Origin: a virus
Virus record (IMG/VR): IMGVR_UViG_3300043672_000009
Coordinates: 1-63,421 of that record
Reading direction: 5' to 3' (one strand)
DNA length: 63,421 bases
The notes under the pieces were generated by a model that saw only the letters and a list, made by a program, of their open reading frames with translations, searched no databases and was not told the origin of the DNA. Below, piece by piece: positions 1-8,638 of the stretch. How positions within the stretch are numbered: position 1 is the first letter of the stretch; each line of letters begins with the position of its first letter. The position numbers and the translations under genes are program-made.

Positions 1-127
1 TCTGGGCTGAAAACCTGCTGGCCGGCCCCGAAACGCTCGATGCCTGTCTGCACCGCCTCTGTGGCACCTTCCGTAACGGCTCCGGCCGCACCCATGGCTC
101 CGGCTTGTCCGAGGCGGGTTCCGAGGC
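1..127. repeat. Terminal overlap: bases 1-127 identical to 63295-63421 (circular closure or terminal redundancy)
   Basis: Base-by-base comparison of the two window ends shows an exact 127/127 match. Confidence 0.95.
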
Positions 128-992
128 GGGTTCCGAGGCCCGGGATCCCGACCTTTCCGGTGACGGCACCGATGCCGAGTTTGTCGGTCAGGCCCTCGAC
201 ACCGCCTGCGGCCAGCCCGGCGGCCCAGACGCGCGCCAAGTCGCCGCCGCTCAGGGCCTCACCCTTCTTCAACGCTTCGGCTTCGGCCTCCGGGTAGATC
301 GTGCCCAGCTCCTGCGCCCCGCCGAACGCCAGCAGCGCCGACGTGGAACCGATGTTCTTCGCCACTGCCCTCGTGGCCTGTTGCACCGCCTGTTCCGCCG
401 TGAGCTTGCCGGCGGCCGTGGCCATCAGGTCGTTGGCCTCCTTGAGCACGGCCTTGCGGATGAGCGCCGTTGCCGCTTCTTTGACGGCGCCCTTGGCGAC
501 CAGGCCGGTGATCGCGCCGCCGGCAGCAGAGACCGGGGCGGCTTGGGGGGCGACTGCCGCGCCAACTGCTCCCCCGAGTAGGGACATGGCCACAGCCTCT
601 CCAGCCTGCCCAGCAGCGTACCCAAGGCCGTACTGAGCCCAGTCAATAAGCGCGCCCAGGTCGCCATCCTTCGCGCGCTTCCATGAGGTCGTGAGTTCAT
701 CCGTGTCCTTCTGCAGGGGCTGGAGTTTCTCCATGCCCTCGGTGAAGCCGGTCAAGCCCCAGTTCTTGATGCCGGTGGAGATGCCGCCAACACCGAAAGC
801 CTTTTCTCCGGTGGCGCCCACCAGCCCGGCCACGCCCTTGAGGATTGGCACGGTCTGGCCCATCGCCACCTTGAAGCCGCGCGCGGTGTCTCCGGGTCCG
901 CCATCCGCCGGCACAAGGTCAGCGAACATGCCGTAGCTCTGCTCTGGCGCCGGTTTGCGTGCACCCGGGATCAGGTCATCGAACATGCCCAT
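1..992 (-). CDS. 5' (N-terminal) part of the junction-spanning large virion/ejection protein. It continues in 60873-63421, about 1137 aa in total.
   Basis: ATG at 992 (MGMFDDLIPGARKPAPEQSYGMF...). The frame stays open to base 1 and is in phase with the ORF starting at 63389 (position 95 equals 63389; 992-95 is divisible by 3). The sequence is Gly/Ala-rich with membrane-like segments. Confidence 0.75.
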   Translation of the reverse strand, partial: MGMFDDLIPGARKPAPEQSYGMFADLVPADGGPGDTARGFKVAMGQTVPILKGVAGLVGATGEKAFGVGGISTGIKNWGLTGFTEGMEKLQPLQKDTDELTTSWKRAKDGDLGALIDWAQYGLGYAAGQAGEAVAMSLLGGAVGAAVAPQAAPVSAAGGAITGLVAKGAVKEAATALIRKAVLKEANDLMATAAGKLTAEQAVQQATRAVAKNIGSTSALLAFGGAQELGTIYPEAEAEALKKGEALSGGDLARVWAAGLAAGGVEGLTDKLGIGAVTGKVGIPGLGTRLGTRLGQAGAMGAAGAVTEGATEAVQTGIERFGAGQQVFSP

Positions 993-995
993 AGG

Positions 996-2117
996 TCACC
1001 GACCGGGGTACGGAGTTGCAGGACCGGCTTCGTACATGGCCCGCTCTCGGCGCCTGATCTCCTCCTGCGCCTTGGCGTAGTCGGGGTGCCGTTCGCTGTA
1101 CTGACGAAGTTTGAATGTCGGCGTCGTTTCAATGCTCAAGCCGGCCGGCGCCATGCTGGTTCCGCGCGCCTGACCTCGCTGAACAAGTGGCACTTGTGGG
1201 TCAAGTGATGTGGTGGCGCCTAGTTTTGCGCCGAGCGGCGCATACCCCATATCCTGCAGCTTCTTGAGCACGGCTTCCCGAGGCGCCCCCGCGGCGATGG
1301 CCGCTTCCGCTTCCTTGTGCGCCTGCGCCTCCGGCACCGCCGGCTTGCTGTTGTCGATGCCCAACTGCTTGGAATACTGGTCAATGCGCACCCTGGCCTG
1401 CCGCACCGTTTCCTCGGCCTCCTTCTTCGCTGCCGGGTCGGCCATGGTGTCGGCCAGGATCTTCAGGGCCGGCGCAATCGCCTTCTCGGCACCATCGATC
1501 GCGGCGCGCAGCTTGTCTTCCTTGCCGGGCTTGCTCTCGAACACGTCGAGCTTCGCGCGCAGTTCCTTTTCCTTCGCGCCGTCACCCGCCTGCACCGCGG
1601 CAGCCAGTTCGGTGCGGAGTTGGTCCAGGCGTTTGTACGCCATGGTCTGGAACCGTATCCGTTCAGCATCGGCTTGAGCCGCCACAGAATCTGGGGCGCG
1701 TGTGGCTTCTGCGATCTTCTTGGCCGACTTGAGGTACTCGGGGTCGGCGCCGCCGGCCTTCGTGGCATCGCGGGCTGCGTTGGCCTGCGCTGCTGCCGTG
1801 GCTGTTGCGGTGTCGATGGCACCCTGCCGGATGCGCGGGTCGTTGGCCTGCGTGGCCTTGGCCTCCAGTTCGGCCGCCGAAGATGCCGCGGTGTCCTTGC
1901 CGGCCTCCGCGCGCAGTCTCTCGCGCCGGGCCGGGTCGTTCTGGAACGCGTCAACGTCCTGCGCGGTCTTGACAGCGTAGACGCGCTGCAACTTGGCCAG
2001 GGCCTGGGCGCGTTGCTGCTGCATCTGCGAATCGAGGTACTTGTTGGCGATGTCGGTCACACCGGCAGCCGCACCACCGATGCCACCAGCCAGCGCCCGA
2101 GCGAATAGGCTTGCCAT
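996..2117 (-). CDS. Internal virion/ejection-module protein, coiled-coil rich (373 aa)
   Basis: ORF track. Ala/Lys/Glu-rich helical composition. It ends 3 nt before the next gene in the late operon. Confidence 0.7.
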   Translation of the reverse strand: MASLFARALAGGIGGAAAGVTDIANKYLDSQMQQQRAQALAKLQRVYAVKTAQDVDAFQNDPARRERLRAEAGKDTAASSAAELEAKATQANDPRIRQGAIDTATATAAAQANAARDATKAGGADPEYLKSAKKIAEATRAPDSVAAQADAERIRFQTMAYKRLDQLRTELAAAVQAGDGAKEKELRAKLDVFESKPGKEDKLRAAIDGAEKAIAPALKILADTMADPAAKKEAEETVRQARVRIDQYSKQLGIDNSKPAVPEAQAHKEAEAAIAAGAPREAVLKKLQDMGYAPLGAKLGATTSLDPQVPLVQRGQARGTSMAPAGLSIETTPTFKLRQYSERHPDYAKAQEEIRRRERAMYEAGPATPYPGR

Positions 2118-2129
2118 GCGTTCCTCCCG

Positions 2130-2702
2130 TCAGGCCATCGGACCTTGAGGCGCTTCCGGCACCTCTTCGGGCTGGCCGGGTGCGGCCCCCTCTTGCTGTT
2201 CCTCGCCAGCATCACCCGGCACCGCCTGCGCCGCCGCCTGCATGATCTGGTCAGGCGTGCCGCCCAGCTTCTGGCCCACCAGCACGAACATCATGCGGGC
2301 GGCCTCGTTGTAGTCCTCTTGCGTGACCGGCTGGCCGGCCGACGTGAGCACCTCGGCGGCCTCACCCATCAACTCCATGCCGGCCGGGAACAGGGCCTTG
2401 TCCGGGATGCCTCCCTGGGTCTGCTTGTCCAGCGTCAGAAGCAGCCCCGTCACGTTCTCGGCCATCTTCTTCGGCACCGGGTCCTGGCTCTCGATGGCCG
2501 CCTTCATCTGTTCCTGCATCTGCGGCGAGTACATCACCTTGACACCGGCGGCCACGACACGATCTACCACGTCCTTGATTTCTGGTGGCACGAACTGCGA
2601 GATGTCCGGGCGCTTGAATGGCTCGCCACCTGACTCGCCACCGGTTGCCCCGGCGGGGACCGCCTTCTGGGCCTGCGCCCGCTGCATCAAGCTGTCGTTC
2701 AT
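2130..2702 (-). CDS. Hypothetical virion-module protein (190 aa)
   Basis: ORF track. 4-nt overlap with the upstream gene (2699-3463). Confidence 0.65.
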   Translation of the reverse strand: MNDSLMQRAQAQKAVPAGATGGESGGEPFKRPDISQFVPPEIKDVVDRVVAAGVKVMYSPQMQEQMKAAIESQDPVPKKMAENVTGLLLTLDKQTQGGIPDKALFPAGMELMGEAAEVLTSAGQPVTQEDYNEAARMMFVLVGQKLGGTPDQIMQAAAQAVPGDAGEEQQEGAAPGQPEEVPEAPQGPMA

Positions 2703-3463
2703 GACTGGTTCCCGTAGGTGATGCGGATCGGCCGGTTCAGGTTCGACCTGGCACGCTCTATCAGCGAGCGTTGATAGTCATTCTGCTCTTGCAGCAGCGC
2801 CTCTTGTTGGGCCTTGCCGTAGGCTTGGACGCCACCTTGAACGGTCTGGCCGATCAGCTTGGCCGTGTTGGGGTTGTTCTCAATGGTCTTTCCCATGCCC
2901 TTGACGCGGTCCCAGAACGACTGCATGTCGTTCGATGTCAGGCCCTGGGCGTAGTCTTGGATCGGCGCCGACACGTTGGTGGGCGCCGACAGCGGGACCG
3001 TGGTGGCGCCCTGCATGCTGCGGGCTTGCGCCGCCTCAATCAGGCCGGGCGACTGGGCGCCGGCCTCCCCCATGGGCATGAACTGCGGCGCTGTGGCCGG
3101 CACGTTGGATGCGACCCCACCAACTGTTTCCGCGGCACCTGCGGCTCCGGCACCGCCCGCCCCAGCAGTCTCTGCGGTGATCTCGTCCACCGCGGCACCG
3201 CCACCAGTGAGGCCGCCTCCTGACGATGCGGCGGTCCCCGCGGCGTTGCTCGCCAGCGTGCCTATCCCACCAGCCAGCGACAAGATACCGCCGATCTTCA
3301 TCAGGTCTTTCTTGCCTGTGAGCGCCCCAACGCCGGTCATGATGGCGCCAGCCACGGTGGCATAGGCAGCGATTGTTCCGAGCACAGTGGTTGCGGTCGC
3401 GACGGCTGCGACACCTGCTGCGCCGGCGGCGAACGATGCAATGATCGGAATTGCGATGGCCAT
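2699..3463 (-). CDS. Membrane-associated internal virion protein (254 aa)
   Basis: The N-terminal ~80 aa are Gly/Ala/Ile-rich hydrophobic segments (MAIAIPIIASFAAGAAGVAAVATATTVLG...), followed by a polar C-terminal domain. Confidence 0.65.
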   Translation of the reverse strand: MAIAIPIIASFAAGAAGVAAVATATTVLGTIAAYATVAGAIMTGVGALTGKKDLMKIGGILSLAGGIGTLASNAAGTAASSGGGLTGGGAAVDEITAETAGAGGAGAAGAAETVGGVASNVPATAPQFMPMGEAGAQSPGLIEAAQARSMQGATTVPLSAPTNVSAPIQDYAQGLTSNDMQSFWDRVKGMGKTIENNPNTAKLIGQTVQGGVQAYGKAQQEALLQEQNDYQRSLIERARSNLNRPIRITYGNQS

Positions 3464-3466
3464 GTC

Positions 3467-3907
3467 TTACCCCTTGTAGAAGAGCGCGTTGCTTTGGCCA
3501 CGGTCGAACCCGTACCGAGCCAAGAGGCGGGCCATGCGCGGATCGGCCCCCTCTTCGATGGGGAAGTGCACGCGCCGGATCTTCATGTCGTCGTCCGCCC
3601 ATTTGCGAAGCTCTGCGATGAGATGGCGGCCAGCTCCAGGCACCACGGCTCTGCACATCACCACGTGCGCCTCCCAGCGTTCGAAGAACAGCATCTCGCT
3701 GGCGAGCGCTGCGATGGCGCCGACGATGATCCCGTCTTGCACGGCGGCCATGCCAAAGTGCGGCGCACCGCGGCGGACGAGTTCAATCACAGCTACCACG
3801 CGATCGCGGGCTACATGCAACGGAAAGCGCTCCGCCCGCATGCCATCGATAGCGAAGGCCGCAAGTTGTGGCACTTCGTTGGCTGCGACCATGCGGTACT
3901 CAAGCAC
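3467..3907 (-). CDS. GNAT-family N-acetyltransferase-like protein (146 aa) embedded in the ejection-protein module
   Basis: Acetyl-CoA motif-A-like segment (CRAVVPGAGRHLIAELRKWA). Size and beta-alpha pattern are typical of GNAT. Confidence 0.6.
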   Translation of the reverse strand: MLEYRMVAANEVPQLAAFAIDGMRAERFPLHVARDRVVAVIELVRRGAPHFGMAAVQDGIIVGAIAALASEMLFFERWEAHVVMCRAVVPGAGRHLIAELRKWADDDMKIRRVHFPIEEGADPRMARLLARYGFDRGQSNALFYKG

Positions 3908-3908
3908 G

Positions 3909-4823
3909 TCAATCGCCCCCGCTGTCGCCGCCAGGGTTCCCGTTGTACGGGTCGGGAGGAGGTGCTGGGGCTGCCGGCGGTGCTGGGGCTGCCGGCGGCA
4001 AGTTGAAGTTCAGCAGTTGCGACACGTCAACACCCGTGGTGCTTTGCCAGAACCTGGAGAAGGCACCGAACGAGTCCATTTGGTTCTGGATCAGCGTGCG
4101 CTTTGCGGCCTCGTCAAGGTTCGCATTGTTCTGGATGTTGCCGATGTTCACGCTCATCTGCTGCCACGCCTGCGAGATGTCGCCGTTGGAGCTGATGGCC
4201 GACTGGTTCGCGTTCTGCAGCCCCGCCAGCCGTACTTGATTCTCACGGTCCAGCCCGGCCTGCATGCCTTGAAACTGCTGCGCCGCTGCGAACTGTTGTT
4301 GTTGCTGGGTGCGCTGGGCAGCTTGCTCCGCAAGCGATTGGCCGAACTGCGATGCCTGGTTGGCGATCTGCGTGGCGTTCTGGGCCGAGTTGACCTCGAA
4401 CTGGCTTTGGTTCTGCGCCAGGCTGCGGTCTTGTTGCTGGTTGCTGTTCTCCAGGCCCAGCGCCTGACCGCCCAGCGTAGCCCCGATCTGCGCGTTCGTG
4501 GTCGAGGCGTTGTTGCGGGCGCCCTGGTTCGTGAGTTGCTGCTGCTGGTACAGGCCGGCGTCGGCATTCGCGATGGGCGTGGCGGCCCCGATGACGGCCT
4601 CTTGCGCGGCTTGCGCCGACAGGCTGGAGTTCGTGAGCCCGCGCGCCGCCGCCGCCTGCCGGCCGCGCGTGTCGGCCTGCGTCATCAGCGGCGAGTCCTG
4701 CCGGGTGATCGCATCGACCCGGCCGGCAACGCCCTTCGACTCGTCAAACTCCGCTGTCGTCGGCGTGACCTGGTTCGCCGCCGTCAGGTCCTGGGCTTGC
4801 TCCATCAACGATTTGGTGGCCAT
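3909..4823 (-). CDS. Gln/Asn-rich virion protein (304 aa) with a Pro/Ala-rich C-terminus
   Basis: ORF track. GGAG lies 9 nt upstream of ATG 4823. Extreme Q/N content. An 18-bp x2 tandem at ~3961-3997 encodes PAAPAP repeats. Confidence 0.7.
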   Translation of the reverse strand: MATKSLMEQAQDLTAANQVTPTTAEFDESKGVAGRVDAITRQDSPLMTQADTRGRQAAAARGLTNSSLSAQAAQEAVIGAATPIANADAGLYQQQQLTNQGARNNASTTNAQIGATLGGQALGLENSNQQQDRSLAQNQSQFEVNSAQNATQIANQASQFGQSLAEQAAQRTQQQQQFAAAQQFQGMQAGLDRENQVRLAGLQNANQSAISSNGDISQAWQQMSVNIGNIQNNANLDEAAKRTLIQNQMDSFGAFSRFWQSTTGVDVSQLLNFNLPPAAPAPPAAPAPPPDPYNGNPGGDSGGD

Positions 4824-5040
4824 CGGCTTTGCTCCGGTTCATGTCTTTCAGTGCCTCGACAAAGTGCTCGGCCTTGTCGATGCGGCCCTGCATCTCGTCG
4901 ATTCTGGCCCTGAGTGCGTCATTGTCCGCCAATGCGATCTCGGCCTGCGCCTGCGCCTGCGCGCATCGGTTCATGGCCTCGTCGCGCTGTCGCGCAACCG
5001 CGTTGAGAAGGGCCTGCTCTCCGGTGATTCTTTCAGCCAT
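4744..5040 (-). CDS. Small coiled-coil protein (98 aa). Its 3' end overlaps the next gene by 80 nt.
   Basis: ORF track. The N-terminal 70 aa are helical (AQAQAQAEIALADNDALRARIDEMQGRIDKAEHF). The C-terminal tail is of doubtful quality. Confidence 0.5.
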   Translation of the reverse strand: MAERITGEQALLNAVARQRDEAMNRCAQAQAQAEIALADNDALRARIDEMQGRIDKAEHFVEALKDMNRSKADGHQIVDGASPGPDGGEPGHADDSGV

Positions 5041-5055
5041 TTGATCTCCAATTAC

Positions 5056-6207
5056 TTACTGAATTCGGTGTGAGAACGTAAAGAATACTGTACCTGTCCC
5101 AGTTGCTCCGCCAGACAGAAACGAAATTAATGCTCTATCGCTTGCTGTATCACCACTTACTCTTCCAGAGTTGACCGACAGATCGCAAGTTGCCACACCA
5201 GTCAGATCTGTAGTTGCGACAATATCTGATGCGTTGGCCAATGAAACTGCGACAGTTGTTAGTGTCGATGTGGCGGTAATGCTTATTTGCAAAGTTCCAT
5301 ATACATGCACAAGGTCATTTATTCTGTATGAATGACTTAGAAGCGGCGTGGGCGATGTGCAATTTGCTATTGCCGTAACCGTTGGTGTATATGTTGAAGC
5401 CGTGAGACGGCCGCCTCCGCCGAAACTACCGGCCAATGTGATTATGTCTGCGGCAGCATCTCCAAGCGCCACCGTCCCGTTGAAGACTGCAGCGCCAGCA
5501 ACTGCCAGGGTCGCGAGCGTGCCAAGGCTGGTGAGCGATGAGGCCGTGACGTTGGCCGCGAGCGTGGTGCCCGTGAGTGTTCCGGCCGGCGCAACGACGT
5601 TGGCATTGGTCGCCGCCGTGATGAGTCCCTTGGCGTTGACCGTGAGCACCGGTATAAGCGTGCTGGATCCGAACGATCCGACGTTGGCGTTCACGGTGGC
5701 CAGCGTCAGCGTGGTACCGGATGTGGTGGCGTCACCCGACAGGTTCGCGCCGGCCGTGGCCAGACCCTTGGCGTTGAGCGTGGCCGCCGCAAACGTGCCG
5801 ATGTTGCTGTTGACGGTGGCCAGTGTGCCGGCGGCCGTGACGTTGCCGGAGCCGTCAAACGCTGGCGACGTGTAAGCCAGATCCCCGGTGATGCTGATCG
5901 TGCGGGGCGTGGCCAGGGTGGTCGCGGAGCCCGTGAGCGGCCCAACGAACGATGCGGCTGTGGCGGATCCGCTGACGGTCAGGGCACCGGTCACCGCCGC
6001 CGTCGATCCGCTGAGCGACAGCACCGACGATGCAGCGAGCGCCGTAGCCCCGCTGTTGACCGTGATGACCCTGTTGGCGTTGCCGGAGAACGCCGGCAGC
6101 TTGTCGAAGGCCGCCGCGATCGATGCGTATTCGGAGCGGATCGGTGACGATGAGCCGGCCGACCGTTGCCCAGGCGTGCCGCTGACGTTGTAGTAGGGAT
6201 TCGTCAT
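5056..6207 (-). CDS. Tail fibre A (383 aa)
   Basis: The N-terminus MTNPYYNVSGTPGQ...SSPIRSEYASIAAAFDKLP is shared with tailspike B. It has Thr/Ala/Gly-rich fibre repeats (ATTLATPRTISITGD, AGTLTGTTLAANVTASSLTSLGTL). The 3' ~350 nt are visibly GC-poor. Confidence 0.85.
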   Translation of the reverse strand: MTNPYYNVSGTPGQRSAGSSSPIRSEYASIAAAFDKLPAFSGNANRVITVNSGATALAASSVLSLSGSTAAVTGALTVSGSATAASFVGPLTGSATTLATPRTISITGDLAYTSPAFDGSGNVTAAGTLATVNSNIGTFAAATLNAKGLATAGANLSGDATTSGTTLTLATVNANVGSFGSSTLIPVLTVNAKGLITAATNANVVAPAGTLTGTTLAANVTASSLTSLGTLATLAVAGAAVFNGTVALGDAAADIITLAGSFGGGGRLTASTYTPTVTAIANCTSPTPLLSHSYRINDLVHVYGTLQISITATSTLTTVAVSLANASDIVATTDLTGVATCDLSVNSGRVSGDTASDRALISFLSGGATGTGTVFFTFSHRIQ

Positions 6208-8273
6208 CGCGCCGACTTCCTGGACTTGCGGGGCCTGAAGTGCATGATCCCCGACGAGAGCGTGAACTCCTTGAAGATCGCCGACGAACTGGAGAACCGC
6301 AGTGCGATGTTGAGCCCGGTGCCGTTGATCTCCATCTCGCCCGGGCCCAGGTTGCGGCCGTCCCAGGTGAATTCGTCCCAGACCATGCTGGGCGTGTCCC
6401 AGAACACCGAGGTGAGGTTGATGACCTCCGTCTGCGGTAGGTCTCCGTGCGCACGCTCCGGCTTGCCGTAGTTCAGCTCGTACGTCACCATGAACTCGGC
6501 GTAGCCTTCTCCCTGCAGCTCCAGTTCGACACCTGTGTACCGCTTCTCCACCCTGCGGTTGCCCTGCGGGGAGAACACCAGCGTGAAGGAGGCGTCGATA
6601 GCCGTGCCATCGAACGATGTGCCAACGTCCATCTGGTACACGAAGCCGTTGTCGGACCCGAAGAACGACTGGTCAACGGTGTCCGTGGCATCGCCCTGGC
6701 ACGCGCATGTCACCGGGTTCGGAAACAGCACCGGCATGCTGCCCACGAGCTTGCCGTTGCTGACGGTCATGTAGATCCCGTAGCCGTCACTGAAGAAGAC
6801 GCGGTACTGGCTCTTGGTGCGGTGCCGTGACGATCCGGAGCACAGCGACCGACGCGTGACCGTGAACGGTCGGATGTTCTGCGTCAGCGTGGCGGGTGTG
6901 AAGCTGCCGAAGTTCTGGGTCGCCGACAGGGACGACACGCCGATGTCGCCGAACGACAGCACTTGGCCTCCGACGCGCTGGGTCCCGTACGGCCTCGCCC
7001 CGGCGCTTTCTTCAAACGGCACCGGGTTGAAGTCGAGTGCGGTGTTGCCGTAGATGATGTCAGTGGTCTCCTGCGTCAACACCGCCATCACGCCGACTTG
7101 CTGGCTACCCGGCAGCCGAACCATGCCAGTGACGGTGCCGCTGAAACGGTACTCGGCGCCGCCCGCACCAGCGCTCCAGTTGTACGGCGTGGAGAGGCCG
7201 CTGTTTTGGACGTTGGCGCCGAATGAGAACCACAGGTGATCCTTGTGCATCAGCACGTTGGTCGGGGCGTCAACGGCCTGTCCAGTCGCCAGCGGGGTCA
7301 GAGTGGTGCCGTCGAACTCGAAGCCGCGGTTCACGTTGTCGCAGCCGTAGATGCGGGTGCCCAGGCCGAAGTTTCCTTTGTCGGTCTGGACACGTCCGCC
7401 AGGCAGGAGCGTGATCGCGGTCTCGGCGCCTGACAGCGTGGCCGCGCCGCCACCGGCCGATACACCGGCCGTGAACGGGCCGCCGGTAATGCCATTCACG
7501 ATGAGCCGGCCGGCAGCGGTACCGCCCGCCCACGTCCCGCTCTGCAGCGAGATGCCGCGCACCGTGGCACTCGTGCCGCCCTTGGTGATGGTCTCGCCGG
7601 CCACGTACTCCGAGGTGCCCAGCGTGAACGCCAGCTCGTACATCAGCGGGATCAGCACCCAGCCACCCGCAGATTGCTTGTAGATGGCCAGGGCGGTGCC
7701 GCCGGCATTGTTCCGCCACACGTACCGGATGCCGTTCAGGCTGGCCACGCCGCGGATGGGTCCGGATCCCGGAACGGCTGCGATGTCGGCCCGGTACACA
7801 TTCGCCGCCAGCCCGGTCTGCACCGCATCGTAGTTGGCCGCAGAGCTGAAGCCACCCAGTTCCGTCACGGTGCCCTGCACGGGCCCGGCCACGGTGATGT
7901 TCTCTGCGACCACGAACGCGCTGACGGCCTTGGTGTAGGCCACCAGGTACGAAGTCCCGGAGATCAGCGTCACCGATATGACGACACCGGTTGCGCCAGA
8001 CGTTGCCCCGGTGATGGTGTTGCCGGCCACGATGCTGCCGGTGATGTTGAGCGTGATCGTGTTGTAGGTCGCATCCGATGGGGATGGGTGACCGTCGAAC
8101 CGATCGTAGCCCGGGATGCGCGTGTAGCCGCCATCGATGGACTGCTCAAAGTTCAGCGCATCCCGGCATCGCCCCGACTTCAGTTGCGAAATCGGGCTGA
8201 CCAGATCCAGCCCGCCGCGGAACTCGATCGGGTCAAAGTCCGTGGTGGTGGCGGGTATGCGCAGTTGTTTCAC
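6204..8273 (-). CDS. Large tail structural protein (~689 aa, in a tail-tube/nozzle-like position)
   Basis: Long ORF between adaptor-like genes and the tail fibre. I place the start at GTG 8273, just after the upstream stop (8281-8283). The Arg-rich N-terminal extension in the ORF track overlaps the upstream gene. The start is uncertain. Confidence 0.7.
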   Translation of the reverse strand: MKQLRIPATTTDFDPIEFRGGLDLVSPISQLKSGRCRDALNFEQSIDGGYTRIPGYDRFDGHPSPSDATYNTITLNITGSIVAGNTITGATSGATGVVISVTLISGTSYLVAYTKAVSAFVVAENITVAGPVQGTVTELGGFSSAANYDAVQTGLAANVYRADIAAVPGSGPIRGVASLNGIRYVWRNNAGGTALAIYKQSAGGWVLIPLMYELAFTLGTSEYVAGETITKGGTSATVRGISLQSGTWAGGTAAGRLIVNGITGGPFTAGVSAGGGAATLSGAETAITLLPGGRVQTDKGNFGLGTRIYGCDNVNRGFEFDGTTLTPLATGQAVDAPTNVLMHKDHLWFSFGANVQNSGLSTPYNWSAGAGGAEYRFSGTVTGMVRLPGSQQVGVMAVLTQETTDIIYGNTALDFNPVPFEESAGARPYGTQRVGGQVLSFGDIGVSSLSATQNFGSFTPATLTQNIRPFTVTRRSLCSGSSRHRTKSQYRVFFSDGYGIYMTVSNGKLVGSMPVLFPNPVTCACQGDATDTVDQSFFGSDNGFVYQMDVGTSFDGTAIDASFTLVFSPQGNRRVEKRYTGVELELQGEGYAEFMVTYELNYGKPERAHGDLPQTEVINLTSVFWDTPSMVWDEFTWDGRNLGPGEMEINGTGLNIALRFSSSSAIFKEFTLSSGIMHFRPRKSRKSAR

Positions 8274-8280
8274 GGGTGGC

Positions 8281-8628
8281 TCAGTTGCCGTGGAAGTTGC
8301 CAGCGACCTTGATTTCACCGGCCGCAACCACGGTTGCATCGGCATCTGGTCCGAGCAGCGTGATCGCCATCGCCAGGCCACTCGGGAAGTACATGCCATC
8401 GACACCGAGTTGCAGCGCCACCGTGCCATTGGCCGGCACGCCCACCGTGAGCGCCGGCACTGACGTGCCAACCGTCGGCGCCACTGCCAAGTTGTACAGC
8501 TTCACAAAGCCGATGGCCGCCCCGGTGTTGGTGGCGATCAGCGTCTTCAGCGTGGTGCCGCCGGCTGACAGCAAGCGGGCATTGGTGCTGGCCGCGGAGT
8601 TGACCAGGATCGGGTTCATTTGCGACAT
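8281..8628 (-). CDS. Small beta-rich virion protein (~115 aa)
   Basis: ORF track. ATG 8628 is preceded by GAGGA and follows the upstream stop at 8639-8641. Confidence 0.6.
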   Translation of the reverse strand: MSQMNPILVNSAASTNARLLSAGGTTLKTLIATNTGAAIGFVKLYNLAVAPTVGTSVPALTVGVPANGTVALQLGVDGMYFPSGLAMAITLLGPDADATVVAAGEIKVAGNFHGN

Positions 8629-8638
8629 GGTGGTGTCC

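Noticed and set aside
3489-4913. Long antisense ORFs: 3489-4913 (+), 12583-14034 (+), 29769-31076 (+), 35906-37108 (-), 48863-50224 (-), 55267-56721 (+), and many shorter ones
   Set aside because: They are Arg/Leu/Gly/His-rich translations typical of the non-coding strand of high-GC genes. Each fully overlaps a gene with recognisable motifs or operon coupling.
8274-8471. N-terminal 66-aa extension of the large tail protein ORF
   Set aside because: It is Arg/Trp/Cys-rich and overlaps the preceding 115-aa gene. I truncated the gene to GTG 8273, although the exact start remains uncertain because the RBS is weak.
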